64,000 nt of DNA from an uncultured Bacteriovoracaceae bacterium (GTDB taxonomy: Bacteria > Bdellovibrionota > UBA1018), in assembly GCA_964363305.1 (NCBI GenBank), contig CAYIHX010000016.1:6824-70823 (forward strand). The letters run 5' to 3'. Of the stretch, positions 56,643 through 64,000 are shown in pieces; the stretch's first letter is position 1; each line of letters begins with the position of its first letter. Position numbers and translations under genes: made by a program. The notes under the pieces were generated by a model, which was given only the letters and a program-made list of their open reading frames with translations, was not told the DNA's origin and made no database searches.

Positions 56643-57643
56643 TGTTCAAAAGAATGTTCGCGGTATTTGTCGCTCGAAATCTTGAATTCGTGCGCGATCG
56701 AGGTTCGCTCGCCTGGGCGGTGCTGTTCCCCGTTCTCGTCGTGTTTGGGTTTGCCTTCGCGTTCTCGGGCAAACCGAAGGATCTTTTCAAGGTCGGCATT
56801 CATGGGGAGCGCCCGAGCAATCACTCCTTCCTCGCCGTTCAGTACATTGAATGGATTGACTTCTCCAGCCTGGATATCGCCGTTAGAAAACTCAAGCACC
56901 ACCAGATCGACCTCCTTCTGTCCACCCGGCCCAATGGGCAGCCGGAACATTACTGGATCAATGAATCTTCTCCCCAAGGGTATTTGCTGGAGAAAATCCT
57001 CGGCCCCCATTCCGGTTTCACTAAAAAAACAGTACAGGGACGAGAGATTCGCTACGTTGATTGGCTCATCGCCGGGCTACTTGGCATGAACATCATGTTC
57101 GCCGCCTTATTCGGAGTGGGATATGTCATCGTCCGCTACCGGAAAACGGGTGTCCTCAAACGATTCAAAGCGACCCCCCTGCATGCCATCGAATTTCTGA
57201 CAGCACAGATCCTCTCTCGACTGTTTCTGATTGTGCTCGTCACCTCGTTCGTTTTTATCGGATGCAACTCTCTCATTGGTTTTACGATGCTGGGCTCTTA
57301 CTGGACGCTCGCACTGATTCTCATCCTCGGTTCGTTTTGTCTCATCTCATTGAGCCTCCTCGTCGCGGCACGGGTACAGAGTGAAGAGTTGGCGGGCGGC
57401 CTACTCAATCTCATTTCCTGGCCGATGATGTTTCTGTCCGGAGTCTGGTTCTCTCTCGAGGGATCGCCGCCCTGGGTGCGCGGAATCTCGAAAATGTCGC
57501 CCCTCACCCACATCATCGACGCCGCACGCTCGGTGATGACGGAGGGAGCAACGCTGGCGCAGATCGCGCCGCAGCTGGGCCTTCTGTTGACGCTGAGCCT
57601 ACTCTTCCTGACCTTAGGGGCTCTGCTTTTTCGCTGGGAGTAG
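56639..57643 (+). CDS. ABC-2 family transporter permease
   Basis: Six TMs with a large first external loop. ATGA overlap with the ATPase gene. Confidence 0.75.
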   Translation: MMFKRMFAVFVARNLEFVRDRGSLAWAVLFPVLVVFGFAFAFSGKPKDLFKVGIHGERPSNHSFLAVQYIEWIDFSSLDIAVRKLKHHQIDLLLSTRPNGQPEHYWINESSPQGYLLEKILGPHSGFTKKTVQGREIRYVDWLIAGLLGMNIMFAALFGVGYVIVRYRKTGVLKRFKATPLHAIEFLTAQILSRLFLIVLVTSFVFIGCNSLIGFTMLGSYWTLALILILGSFCLISLSLLVAARVQSEELAGGLLNLISWPMMFLSGVWFSLEGSPPWVRGISKMSPLTHIIDAARSVMTEGATLAQIAPQLGLLLTLSLLFLTLGALLFRWE

Positions 57644-58307
57644 AGGGCGGGGAAGCTGGCAGCCTCGACGAAGAGGAACTAGGGCGAGGAGGGGGCGGTG
57701 GAGGCGCCACCGGCCCGGAAGATACCATTCCCGGCACTAACTCCGTACACAGCCCCATCATCATGGAGCCCGTTTTCGGATCGGCCCTGAAACAAGGGAC
57801 CACCGTAGTCTTTACAACCTTCTCCGTGCGGAAATGATCTCTCTGAACGCGAAAAGCCAGGGTGAGCGGGCCCGCCTCCGCAGCTCCCTCCAGGCAAAGA
57901 AGTGCCGCCAAGATCGCCCCAGATCCCGATAGCCACCGACTCAATTTATTGCGCGTAAATGACGCGTAGCATCTAATTAGCGACAATCCTCGCCTCTCTT
58001 CTCTAAGACGGCTTTTCTGAAAGTTTCTGCAGTAAAATCGAACTGTTAGAAAATTGGCGAAGGGAGGGAAGGGGGGCAGGACGACGCGCGCGACAAGGCA
58101 ACCCAGACCAGCAGAATGAGGACCATCCAAAATCCCGCGTGCGTCGTTTTTTAACGCACCAGACAACGAGAAGAAATAATTGCCAGGGAAATCAACCTGT
58201 CAATCAATCTTCCTCCGTGCTACCCTGAACAGCGTCAGTCGCATATCGAGTTCCCGAGCATTGGGCTTATGTCCTCTTTAGCGGCACCCAGCCTTTCAGG
58301 AGGTCAC

Positions 58308-58658
58308 ATGGGCAAGAAACTATACGTTGGCAATCTCCCTTTTTCCGCAACCGATCAAAGCCTCATGGAGACGTTCTCTCAATGTGGAAAGGTAGAGTCT
58401 GCGAAGATCATCACAGACCGCGATACCGGGCGCAGCAAAGGCTTCGGCTTCGTCGAAATGTCGAGTGATTCGGAAGCTCAGACTGCGATTTCGAAGTTCA
58501 ATGGTACCGACCTCGATGGTCGCGCCATCACGGTGAATGAAGCACGTCCGATGGAACCCCGTGGAGCCGGCGGTGGCGGCGGCGGTGGTGGTGGACGCGG
58601 CGGCTTCGGCGGTGGTGGCGGCGGCGGCGGTGGCCGTGGCGGCAACCGTCGTTACTAG
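58308..58658 (+). CDS. Glycine-rich RNA-binding protein with a single RRM domain
   Basis: RNP2 KLYVGNL and RNP1 KGFGFVEM motifs. C-terminal GGGGGGGGRGGFGGGGGGGGGRGGNRRY tail. AGGAGG 6 nt upstream of ATG 58308. Confidence 0.85.
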   Translation: MGKKLYVGNLPFSATDQSLMETFSQCGKVESAKIITDRDTGRSKGFGFVEMSSDSEAQTAISKFNGTDLDGRAITVNEARPMEPRGAGGGGGGGGGRGGFGGGGGGGGGRGGNRRY

Positions 58659-58682
58659 GCTCCCCGGACTATAATCTCGGTA

Positions 58683-58730
58683 AGCGATTTCGGGAACAAC
58701 ACCCGAAATCGCTTCTTTGTATTTATTTCA
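58683..58730 (+). terminator. Rho-independent terminator
   Basis: Perfect 13-bp stem AAGCGATTTCGGG-aacaaca-CCCGAAATCGCTT followed by CTTTGTATTTATTT. Confidence 0.65.
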
Positions 58731-58745
58731 AACGATTGGATTTCT

Positions 58746-58943
58746 ATGGCAAAAGCGAACCGAGCCACCCAAGCGAAACGAAAACGCGAGCAAACCAGGA
58801 AAGAGCGCCAAGCAGAAAAGGGCGCAGATCGAGCTGTCCGCAAGGAGCAAAAAAAGCTTCGTGTGGACCTTAGTGAGTCTGGCGAAGATCCAGACCTGAT
58901 TGGTATATTTCCTGGTCCCCAGCCCGCACCGATGGAGGAGTAA
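58746..58943 (+). CDS. Small highly basic hypothetical protein (65 aa)
   Basis: Lys/Arg/Glu-rich (AKRKREQTRKERQAEKG...). Coding is uncertain. Confidence 0.3.
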   Translation: MAKANRATQAKRKREQTRKERQAEKGADRAVRKEQKKLRVDLSESGEDPDLIGIFPGPQPAPMEE

Positions 58944-58949
58944 TTCCGG

Positions 58950-59195
58950 ATGAGCCGTGAGACCGATGATTACGATTGCGACATTCGATTTGGCGAGTGG
59001 CTGAGATCAGCCCGCACCAAGCAACAGCTCACCGTCGAGGCGGCGGCGCAAAGTGCAGCGATGCCTGCCGAGCGCCTCAAAGCGCTCGAACTGGGGTACA
59101 GTGATCGAGGGATCACACAAGACGAGTCGGTTCGACTTTCCAAAGTCTATCGAATCCCCCTAGAAGAACTGCTGCGAGAAGCAACCCGAGCCTAA
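58950..59195 (+). CDS. XRE-family HTH transcriptional regulator
   Basis: FGEWLRSARTKQQLTVEAAAQSAAMPAERLKALELG is HTH_3-like. Confidence 0.55.
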   Translation: MSRETDDYDCDIRFGEWLRSARTKQQLTVEAAAQSAAMPAERLKALELGYSDRGITQDESVRLSKVYRIPLEELLREATRA

Positions 59196-59221
59196 TCGAG
59201 TCAATCCGCGCTTCTGAGCTG

Positions 59222-59256
59222 GGCTGCCGCTCTTGCTATGGGCAGCTGTTTTTTGT
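59222..59256 (+). terminator. Rho-independent terminator
   Basis: GCTGCC-gctcttgctatg-GGCAGC stem followed by TGTTTTTTGTT. Confidence 0.45.
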
Positions 59257-59277
59257 TCGTTTGCCGATAAGACGTAC

Positions 59278-61467
59278 ATGAGGATCCGAGCGCTTCTCAG
59301 CGTCATCCTATTGACTGGACTCGTCGCAGCCGAAAAAAGCTTCGGGGCGCCCTCTCCTCGTGACGAAGGGCCCGCGGCCCACCCATGTCCGGCCGAGTGC
59401 ACCCGATTCCTCGTTTTTCAAGCCCCGCTACAGCTCTTGCTGAACTCGCTTCCGGCCCTCACCGGACGGACGAATCCGAACGCAGAGACGCAGCCGTTCG
59501 CATTTCATTCATTCGAAGAGCTCGCGGCGCGCGAGCGGGCCACTGAGATCTGGCGGCAGATTCCTTCTCACTGCCGAGCCTCTGTCCTAGGAGCGGCGGA
59601 GCGGAGCCTTCTTACCGAACCACGGGTTCAGTTCCTCGCCCGAGTCCGGGCCGACACCCTCGCGCTCTCCAGCGCGGAGCGGGCGATGCGGCCCGGCTCC
59701 GCTCGCGCCTTCAGCGCATTGCAGGCAATCGCTTCCAGCTACTGCACCACCGTAGGCGCAAACGAAGTCGCGCGTATTGAGGCCGTAAGAGGACCGCTAC
59801 CCGACGAAACAACGGCGCCGGACCGCGGGCGCGCGTACCTCGCTTGCGCACAAGCCCGTGCGGGCGTCATCCGAGAAGAAATGGATCTGCTCTTGGCAAG
59901 GAATATTGACGTCATCAATCCCATCGTCCGCAGCGCATGGAGCGACGCGCCCACACTCACTCCGAATGACATCAAAGTTTTTCAGTTCCACCACCAGTTT
60001 TTCCAGAGGGAATCATTGCTGGAGGCGCTTGCCTTCGCCGCACGTGAAAGCCGATCCATGACCTTTCAGCAGAAGCTCATTGCCTGGCAACTGATGGGAA
60101 GCCAATACTTTGACCACTACCACCCTGACCGCCGAGACTCTCCGTCCAGGAATCCTGGGGCGGTTGACGGGGAAACCATTTTCCAAGCCAGCCGAAAAAC
60201 AATGCTCTTAGCTGCAAACCGCTGGATGTATGCCGGTGCCCCGCCAGGCGATTTCGAATACGCGGGCGTTTGCAGAGACATCGCGAGCGCTTTAGGTGAA
60301 ATCGCGCGTGCCATGGGAGTACGCGAAGCTTACGTCGTCGCTTTCGCCATCGACAACAGCTATCACACGACTCTGGTCGTGCGAAATCCCGAGGATCCTG
60401 ACCATGTCCACATGCTCGACTATGGGGAAGTCGGCCTGAGGCGCGCGGGAGACTCCCGCGCACTCCAAGGCACCCCGAACGAACAGGGCCTCGTCTTTCG
60501 AATCGCACAGCCCGGCGGTAGAAGCGTCATGACCACGGCGAGCGAATTAGGGCGATTTCTGACTGAGGCCTCGGGACTAGACCCCACCGCGACCGATCCG
60601 CTGAGCCGATTGAGGAGCCAACTCATCGTGGCCGACATCCCCATCGCCTCTCGACCGGGCAGCTCCATCCGAACGGGGATCGCTCAGGACGGCAGAGGGG
60701 ACCGGCATGTATTCGGAGCATTTACGGATTCGTGGGGGGCGCGCTCCATTTTACCGGGCCGATCCGCAGTCGTCGTGGGCGCGCGAATGCGGGAAGACCC
60801 AGTCGGCGATTCACGATATTTGGGTTACCTCGCGATCGCGCTCGAGCAGCACCTTCGCCCGGAAGCGCGCATAAACGATCGCACGGTTTTCTATTCCGAT
60901 ACCAGCTTCCACGGCTTGGCCTATGCCGGTCCCGACGTCGCCACACAGACGGGCACCGTTTCTCGAGCAGCGGACGGAACCATGAGTCTCCGTGAGGAAA
61001 TCGGAATTCGACACCGCTTCTCGGAACGAGGCTCGATCAGCGCTCGCGTCGGCGCCATTGTCAGTCCCGGAACTTTGGATATCCGTGACCTGTCCGCGCC
61101 GATTGTTCCCATCCTCGACCACGCCTATGGCGCGGCGGAAGCTCGCGTACCTCTTAGCCCTGACTTGCTGCTTTTTGCGAACGCGATGCTCATCGCCCAC
61201 GATGAGTTTGTTGCGAGAGGTCGGCTTCGAGTCGGCGTCGAGTCACCGGTCGCGTCAGCCTCTCTCGAAGTCGAAGGTTCTCTCGGTGAGTGGAGCGGAA
61301 TCGACCCGGGGTTTCTTGAGGGAAGTCGACGGCGTGCGATCGCGAATTTTGTCCTCAACCCCATTCCGGAAGTCTCGATTCGCGCCACCGGCTCGATGGA
61401 TCTAGAAGAGGGCCCGGACGGGGAACGCGACGTTTCCGCTACCGGATCGGTGGAGACTCGATGGTGA
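59278..61467 (+). CDS. Large secreted hypothetical protein (~730 aa)
   Basis: Signal peptide MRIRALLSVILLTGLVAA. No recognisable catalytic motif. 7-nt overlap with the next gene. Confidence 0.45.
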   Translation: MRIRALLSVILLTGLVAAEKSFGAPSPRDEGPAAHPCPAECTRFLVFQAPLQLLLNSLPALTGRTNPNAETQPFAFHSFEELAARERATEIWRQIPSHCRASVLGAAERSLLTEPRVQFLARVRADTLALSSAERAMRPGSARAFSALQAIASSYCTTVGANEVARIEAVRGPLPDETTAPDRGRAYLACAQARAGVIREEMDLLLARNIDVINPIVRSAWSDAPTLTPNDIKVFQFHHQFFQRESLLEALAFAARESRSMTFQQKLIAWQLMGSQYFDHYHPDRRDSPSRNPGAVDGETIFQASRKTMLLAANRWMYAGAPPGDFEYAGVCRDIASALGEIARAMGVREAYVVAFAIDNSYHTTLVVRNPEDPDHVHMLDYGEVGLRRAGDSRALQGTPNEQGLVFRIAQPGGRSVMTTASELGRFLTEASGLDPTATDPLSRLRSQLIVADIPIASRPGSSIRTGIAQDGRGDRHVFGAFTDSWGARSILPGRSAVVVGARMREDPVGDSRYLGYLAIALEQHLRPEARINDRTVFYSDTSFHGLAYAGPDVATQTGTVSRAADGTMSLREEIGIRHRFSERGSISARVGAIVSPGTLDIRDLSAPIVPILDHAYGAAEARVPLSPDLLLFANAMLIAHDEFVARGRLRVGVESPVASASLEVEGSLGEWSGIDPGFLEGSRRRAIANFVLNPIPEVSIRATGSMDLEEGPDGERDVSATGSVETRW

Positions 61468-63734
61468 AGAGACTCTCCCGTCTCACTCTATTTGCCATCT
61501 TTCTGAATCTCCTTCCTTTGTCTCAGGCATTTTGTGCCCCCCCCCAAGGCGATCCACCGGAGATCCGAAGACTCTCCAGAATTCTCACCAAAATTCAAAC
61601 GGCACTCGCCACTCAGTACGGCTTCGATCAGATCATGATTGGCGGTGGATCGGCGCGAGCGATCCTGGATCATGTCTATTTCGGCGGCCCACTGCAATTC
61701 AGGGATTTAGACATTTTCGTTGTGGCGCACCAAACGGTGACATCAAAGTTTGCGGACGATCTGGGCCGAGCATTAGAAGCCACCCACCTCGGTACCTACC
61801 AGCCAAACGAACTACGACCCCGCCCCAGAGGGGGAACAAATGCCGGTTTTGGATTCTCTCTGAATACCTCTGCGGGGGATATCATCGACCTCTCCATCTA
61901 TCACTCAGATGCGGCTCTCGATCGAAACGGTATTTTTGATGTGGATCGGGTGATGATCCCTCTCCGTCAGGGCGAATCGCTGCAATCGACGCTCGCAAGA
62001 ATGGTGAGTGTAACGCCGAATCAAGCGATCAGGCGCAACTGGATCATCGACCGTGAGGGAGGGTATCCTGCATGGCAAAGGCAACGCCCCTCTATCGTCA
62101 ATTGGGGAGAGATTGAGCGTGATCCCATTCTTCAGTCCATCCGGGTTCTGAGAACCTACCTGAGAAGCGGAAGACGTTCGCTTCCTCTCGAGGTCAGAAG
62201 GCGCCTCAAGACACTTATCGAAGGAGTTTCGGAAACCAATCGGCTCCAAATCGTTCGCAATACCCTCAAACTTCTTCACGACCCAGAAGCGGCTTTCGCG
62301 CTAAAAGAGCTCGGAGCAATCGGGTTTTTTGAAAAGATCTCTCCGGCGCTAGGACGATGGATTTCCGGCCAAAGCATTGCTAAACTCACTCAACTCTTAG
62401 GCCCAAACCAACTCTCGGACGTGCCCTCCGCTGCGGAACGACTGACCCGACTTCTCGAGAGAGTCTCACCGAGAGAGCGCTTACCATTCCTACGAACTCT
62501 CCGCCAAGTGGAGCCCGAATTTTTTTCTCACGAAATTTCACGTCTGATCCGTCCCAGACGCGGTCAAGCGCCCTTGAGGCTCGGATATTTTACCGGCGAC
62601 TTCGCGCCGTTTCATAATGGCCATTTATCGGTTGCCCAGGCCGCGTTGAATGCGGGACCCTTGAATCTTCTCTTCATTATACCGACTCCGCACGCGACGA
62701 ATGATCCCAAAACCAAACGCTTTAGCATCGAGGAGTGGCGGGAAAGGCAGCGCTTCGTCGATTTGGGCTCACGTAGCGAAGACCGGATCATCCCTTGGTG
62801 GCCCGTAGAAACTCCTCCCTCAAGTGGAAAGCCGCAGCTCAGGGACATCCTTTCAAACCTTGAAAGATCCATCGGCAGCCCAGGCCAGCTGACTCATGTC
62901 GCCGGAGGCGATTCACTCCATCGCATTGTAGGACGAAATCTTCTCGTGACTGATCCAAGGCCGAGGATAGTGGTCACCCGTGGAGAGTTGCCCATTCCTG
63001 TGGGGGCCACCACTCCTGAATCTGGTGTGCGACTGATTCGACGCGAAGGCGAGCTACCCGTATCCTCTACGCGAATCCTGCACGAGCTGGCGGCCCAAGG
63101 TCATACCAGCCACCTAACTCCAGCGGTCCTTGAAGAGGTGCAACGCCTTCCGCGTTACCAAGAGATCGTCGAAGATCTTCGGGAACACGCGGCAGATATC
63201 CGAAGACTGCCCGCTCGTGCGCGCGATCTCGATCGAGATCCTCGCACCTTTATTTTAGACCTTTCACAAAACCCTGACGGTCATTACATCTCTGCTGAGG
63301 ATGGTCTTCCTCGACCGACGGATGGCTACTTTGAACTCATTCGATCCCTAGTCACTCGCCCCACCGATCAATTTCTCATCTTTCTCGGAAACGATCCCCC
63401 CAAGGACGCAGCCCTGGAATGGAGCTTGGCTACCCTACGGCTAAGAAATCGTCAGGTTTTGATCACTCGAGATTACCGCCACATCAAACCACGCGATCGA
63501 ATTCGAGTTTTTGATTCAGGTATCGCCGCCCACCTACTTGAGACCGGCGGCCTTTTTGAAAAGGTACTTGCAAGACAACGAATCATTACCTACGACTTCA
63601 ATCATGCTCCTGCCTCGCCCCTCCTCGAAGCGGCCCATATTCCCGTCATCAGACTCTCCTCCACATCAGGAACGATACCTCACGGGTGCATCCCTTTGAG
63701 GGACGTAGTGACTGAACTCACGTTGGTAAAATAA
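61461..63734 (+). CDS. Signal-peptide protein fusing a Pol-beta-superfamily nucleotidyltransferase domain to a NadD/NMNAT-like (H-x-G-H) adenylyltransferase domain
   Basis: MVKRLSRLTLFAIFLNLLPLSQAFCA signal. IGGGSARAILDHVYFGGPLQFRDLDIFVV fits the G[GS]...D-x-D NTase motif. GYFTGDFAPFHNGHLSVAQAALNAGPLNLLFIIPTPH parallels NadD GGTFDPIHYGHL...IIP. Confidence 0.55.
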   Translation: MVKRLSRLTLFAIFLNLLPLSQAFCAPPQGDPPEIRRLSRILTKIQTALATQYGFDQIMIGGGSARAILDHVYFGGPLQFRDLDIFVVAHQTVTSKFADDLGRALEATHLGTYQPNELRPRPRGGTNAGFGFSLNTSAGDIIDLSIYHSDAALDRNGIFDVDRVMIPLRQGESLQSTLARMVSVTPNQAIRRNWIIDREGGYPAWQRQRPSIVNWGEIERDPILQSIRVLRTYLRSGRRSLPLEVRRRLKTLIEGVSETNRLQIVRNTLKLLHDPEAAFALKELGAIGFFEKISPALGRWISGQSIAKLTQLLGPNQLSDVPSAAERLTRLLERVSPRERLPFLRTLRQVEPEFFSHEISRLIRPRRGQAPLRLGYFTGDFAPFHNGHLSVAQAALNAGPLNLLFIIPTPHATNDPKTKRFSIEEWRERQRFVDLGSRSEDRIIPWWPVETPPSSGKPQLRDILSNLERSIGSPGQLTHVAGGDSLHRIVGRNLLVTDPRPRIVVTRGELPIPVGATTPESGVRLIRREGELPVSSTRILHELAAQGHTSHLTPAVLEEVQRLPRYQEIVEDLREHAADIRRLPARARDLDRDPRTFILDLSQNPDGHYISAEDGLPRPTDGYFELIRSLVTRPTDQFLIFLGNDPPKDAALEWSLATLRLRNRQVLITRDYRHIKPRDRIRVFDSGIAAHLLETGGLFEKVLARQRIITYDFNHAPASPLLEAAHIPVIRLSSTSGTIPHGCIPLRDVVTELTLVK

Positions 63735-63921
63735 TACTTGGCTCGCAACCCCACGAAGGGCGCCACGGGGAGGATTGCCTCGTTCAGCCACAGAATGAGC
63801 CCACGCATTCAAAATCGTTACCCCACATCGAACATAAACTCCCCGTATTCGTAGCAAGCCTGGCACCCCATTTGCTTAAAACTTTTTCATACAGATCGAA
63901 TATGATCCAGGGAGGCTCGAG

Positions 63922-64000
63922 TTGATTTTTCACAGTCGCGAGGAAGCCGCGGAGCAGCTGGCTCTGAGGCTCAGTACGTTCCGTGGACGTGACCCGTTGA
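63922..64000 (+). CDS. Start of a putative phosphoribosyltransferase-like protein (TTG start; truncated by window end)
   Basis: LIFHSREEAAEQLALRLSTFRGRDPL resembles the MxFxDRxxAGxxLAxxL N-terminus of COG1926 PRTase-like proteins. GGGAGG 7 nt upstream of the TTG. Confidence 0.3.
   Translation, partial: MIFHSREEAAEQLALRLSTFRGRDPL

Noticed and set aside
57513-58166. 217-aa minus-strand ORF with poly-Pro/Ser tail
   Set aside because: Overlaps the 3' end of the ABC permease gene and has low-complexity GC-artefact composition. Treated as non-coding leader region instead.
58561-58640. GGC/GGT-rich tract resembling a simple-sequence repeat
   Set aside because: It encodes the glycine-rich tail of the RRM protein in frame. 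Not a non-coding repeat or CRISPR element.
1-64000. CRISPR arrays, rRNA or tRNA genes, transposases
   Set aside because: No regularly spaced direct repeats, no rRNA-like conserved blocks, no cloverleaf-compatible tRNA candidates and no DDE/HTH transposase-like ORFs were recognised by reading the sequence. tRNAs cannot be fully excluded without a dedicated scan.

Overview
High-GC (~55-60%) chromosomal segment from a Gram-negative bacterium with many lipoproteins, secreted proteins and envelope machines. The gene content looks delta-proteobacterial/Bdellovibrionota- or Myxococcota-like, but this placement is inferred, not verified. Gene density is high and most long ORFs are real. Many six-frame ORFs are antisense artefacts of GC-rich coding DNA.

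Main content, left to right:
- meaB (partial at window edge).
- Fur-linked iron-uptake locus: HEXXH membrane peptidase translationally coupled to TonB, a TonB-dependent receptor, convergent fur.
- A tightly packed + strand operon, 6370-13762. It encodes an OM-barrel-like protein, a TPR lipoprotein, a 795-aa bitopic membrane protein whose cytoplasmic C-terminus is strikingly FliG-like, a stand-alone cNMP-binding protein, MotA, MotB and a Zn-ribbon/SH3 membrane protein. No other flagellar genes lie nearby. I read it as a candidate stand-alone rotor/stator-type envelope motor. This is the most interesting system in the window.
- Housekeeping block: dedA, xerC, trmFO, an EamA transporter, a lytic transglycosylase (Slt), an Mrp/ApbC fused to DUF971+NifU, ychF, pth, prs.
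- A lower-GC accessory stretch with a DUF4143 AAA ATPase, a LysR regulator, a DUF192 protein, cysteine-rich secreted proteins and a DUF4258/XRE toxin-antitoxin-like pair fronted by a perfect palindrome.
- A LexA-controlled lexA-imuA-imuB-dnaE2 mutagenesis cassette with a TACGC pentamer array.
- Long-form urocanase, a CPA2 antiporter, an orphan NrfD/ActC-like membrane subunit and a PhoD-like phosphatase.
- A compact minus-strand operon of cysteine-free ribosomal proteins (L31 type B, L33, L24, L28, S18 with a GGDR-repeat N-extension) next to a Cys-poor DksA paralog.
- An ABC-2 exporter, a glycine-rich RRM RNA-binding protein with a long leader, and an XRE/secreted-protein operon ending in a signal-peptide protein that fuses a Pol-beta-type nucleotidyltransferase to a NadD-like adenylyltransferase domain.

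No rRNA, tRNA, CRISPR array or transposase was recognised.
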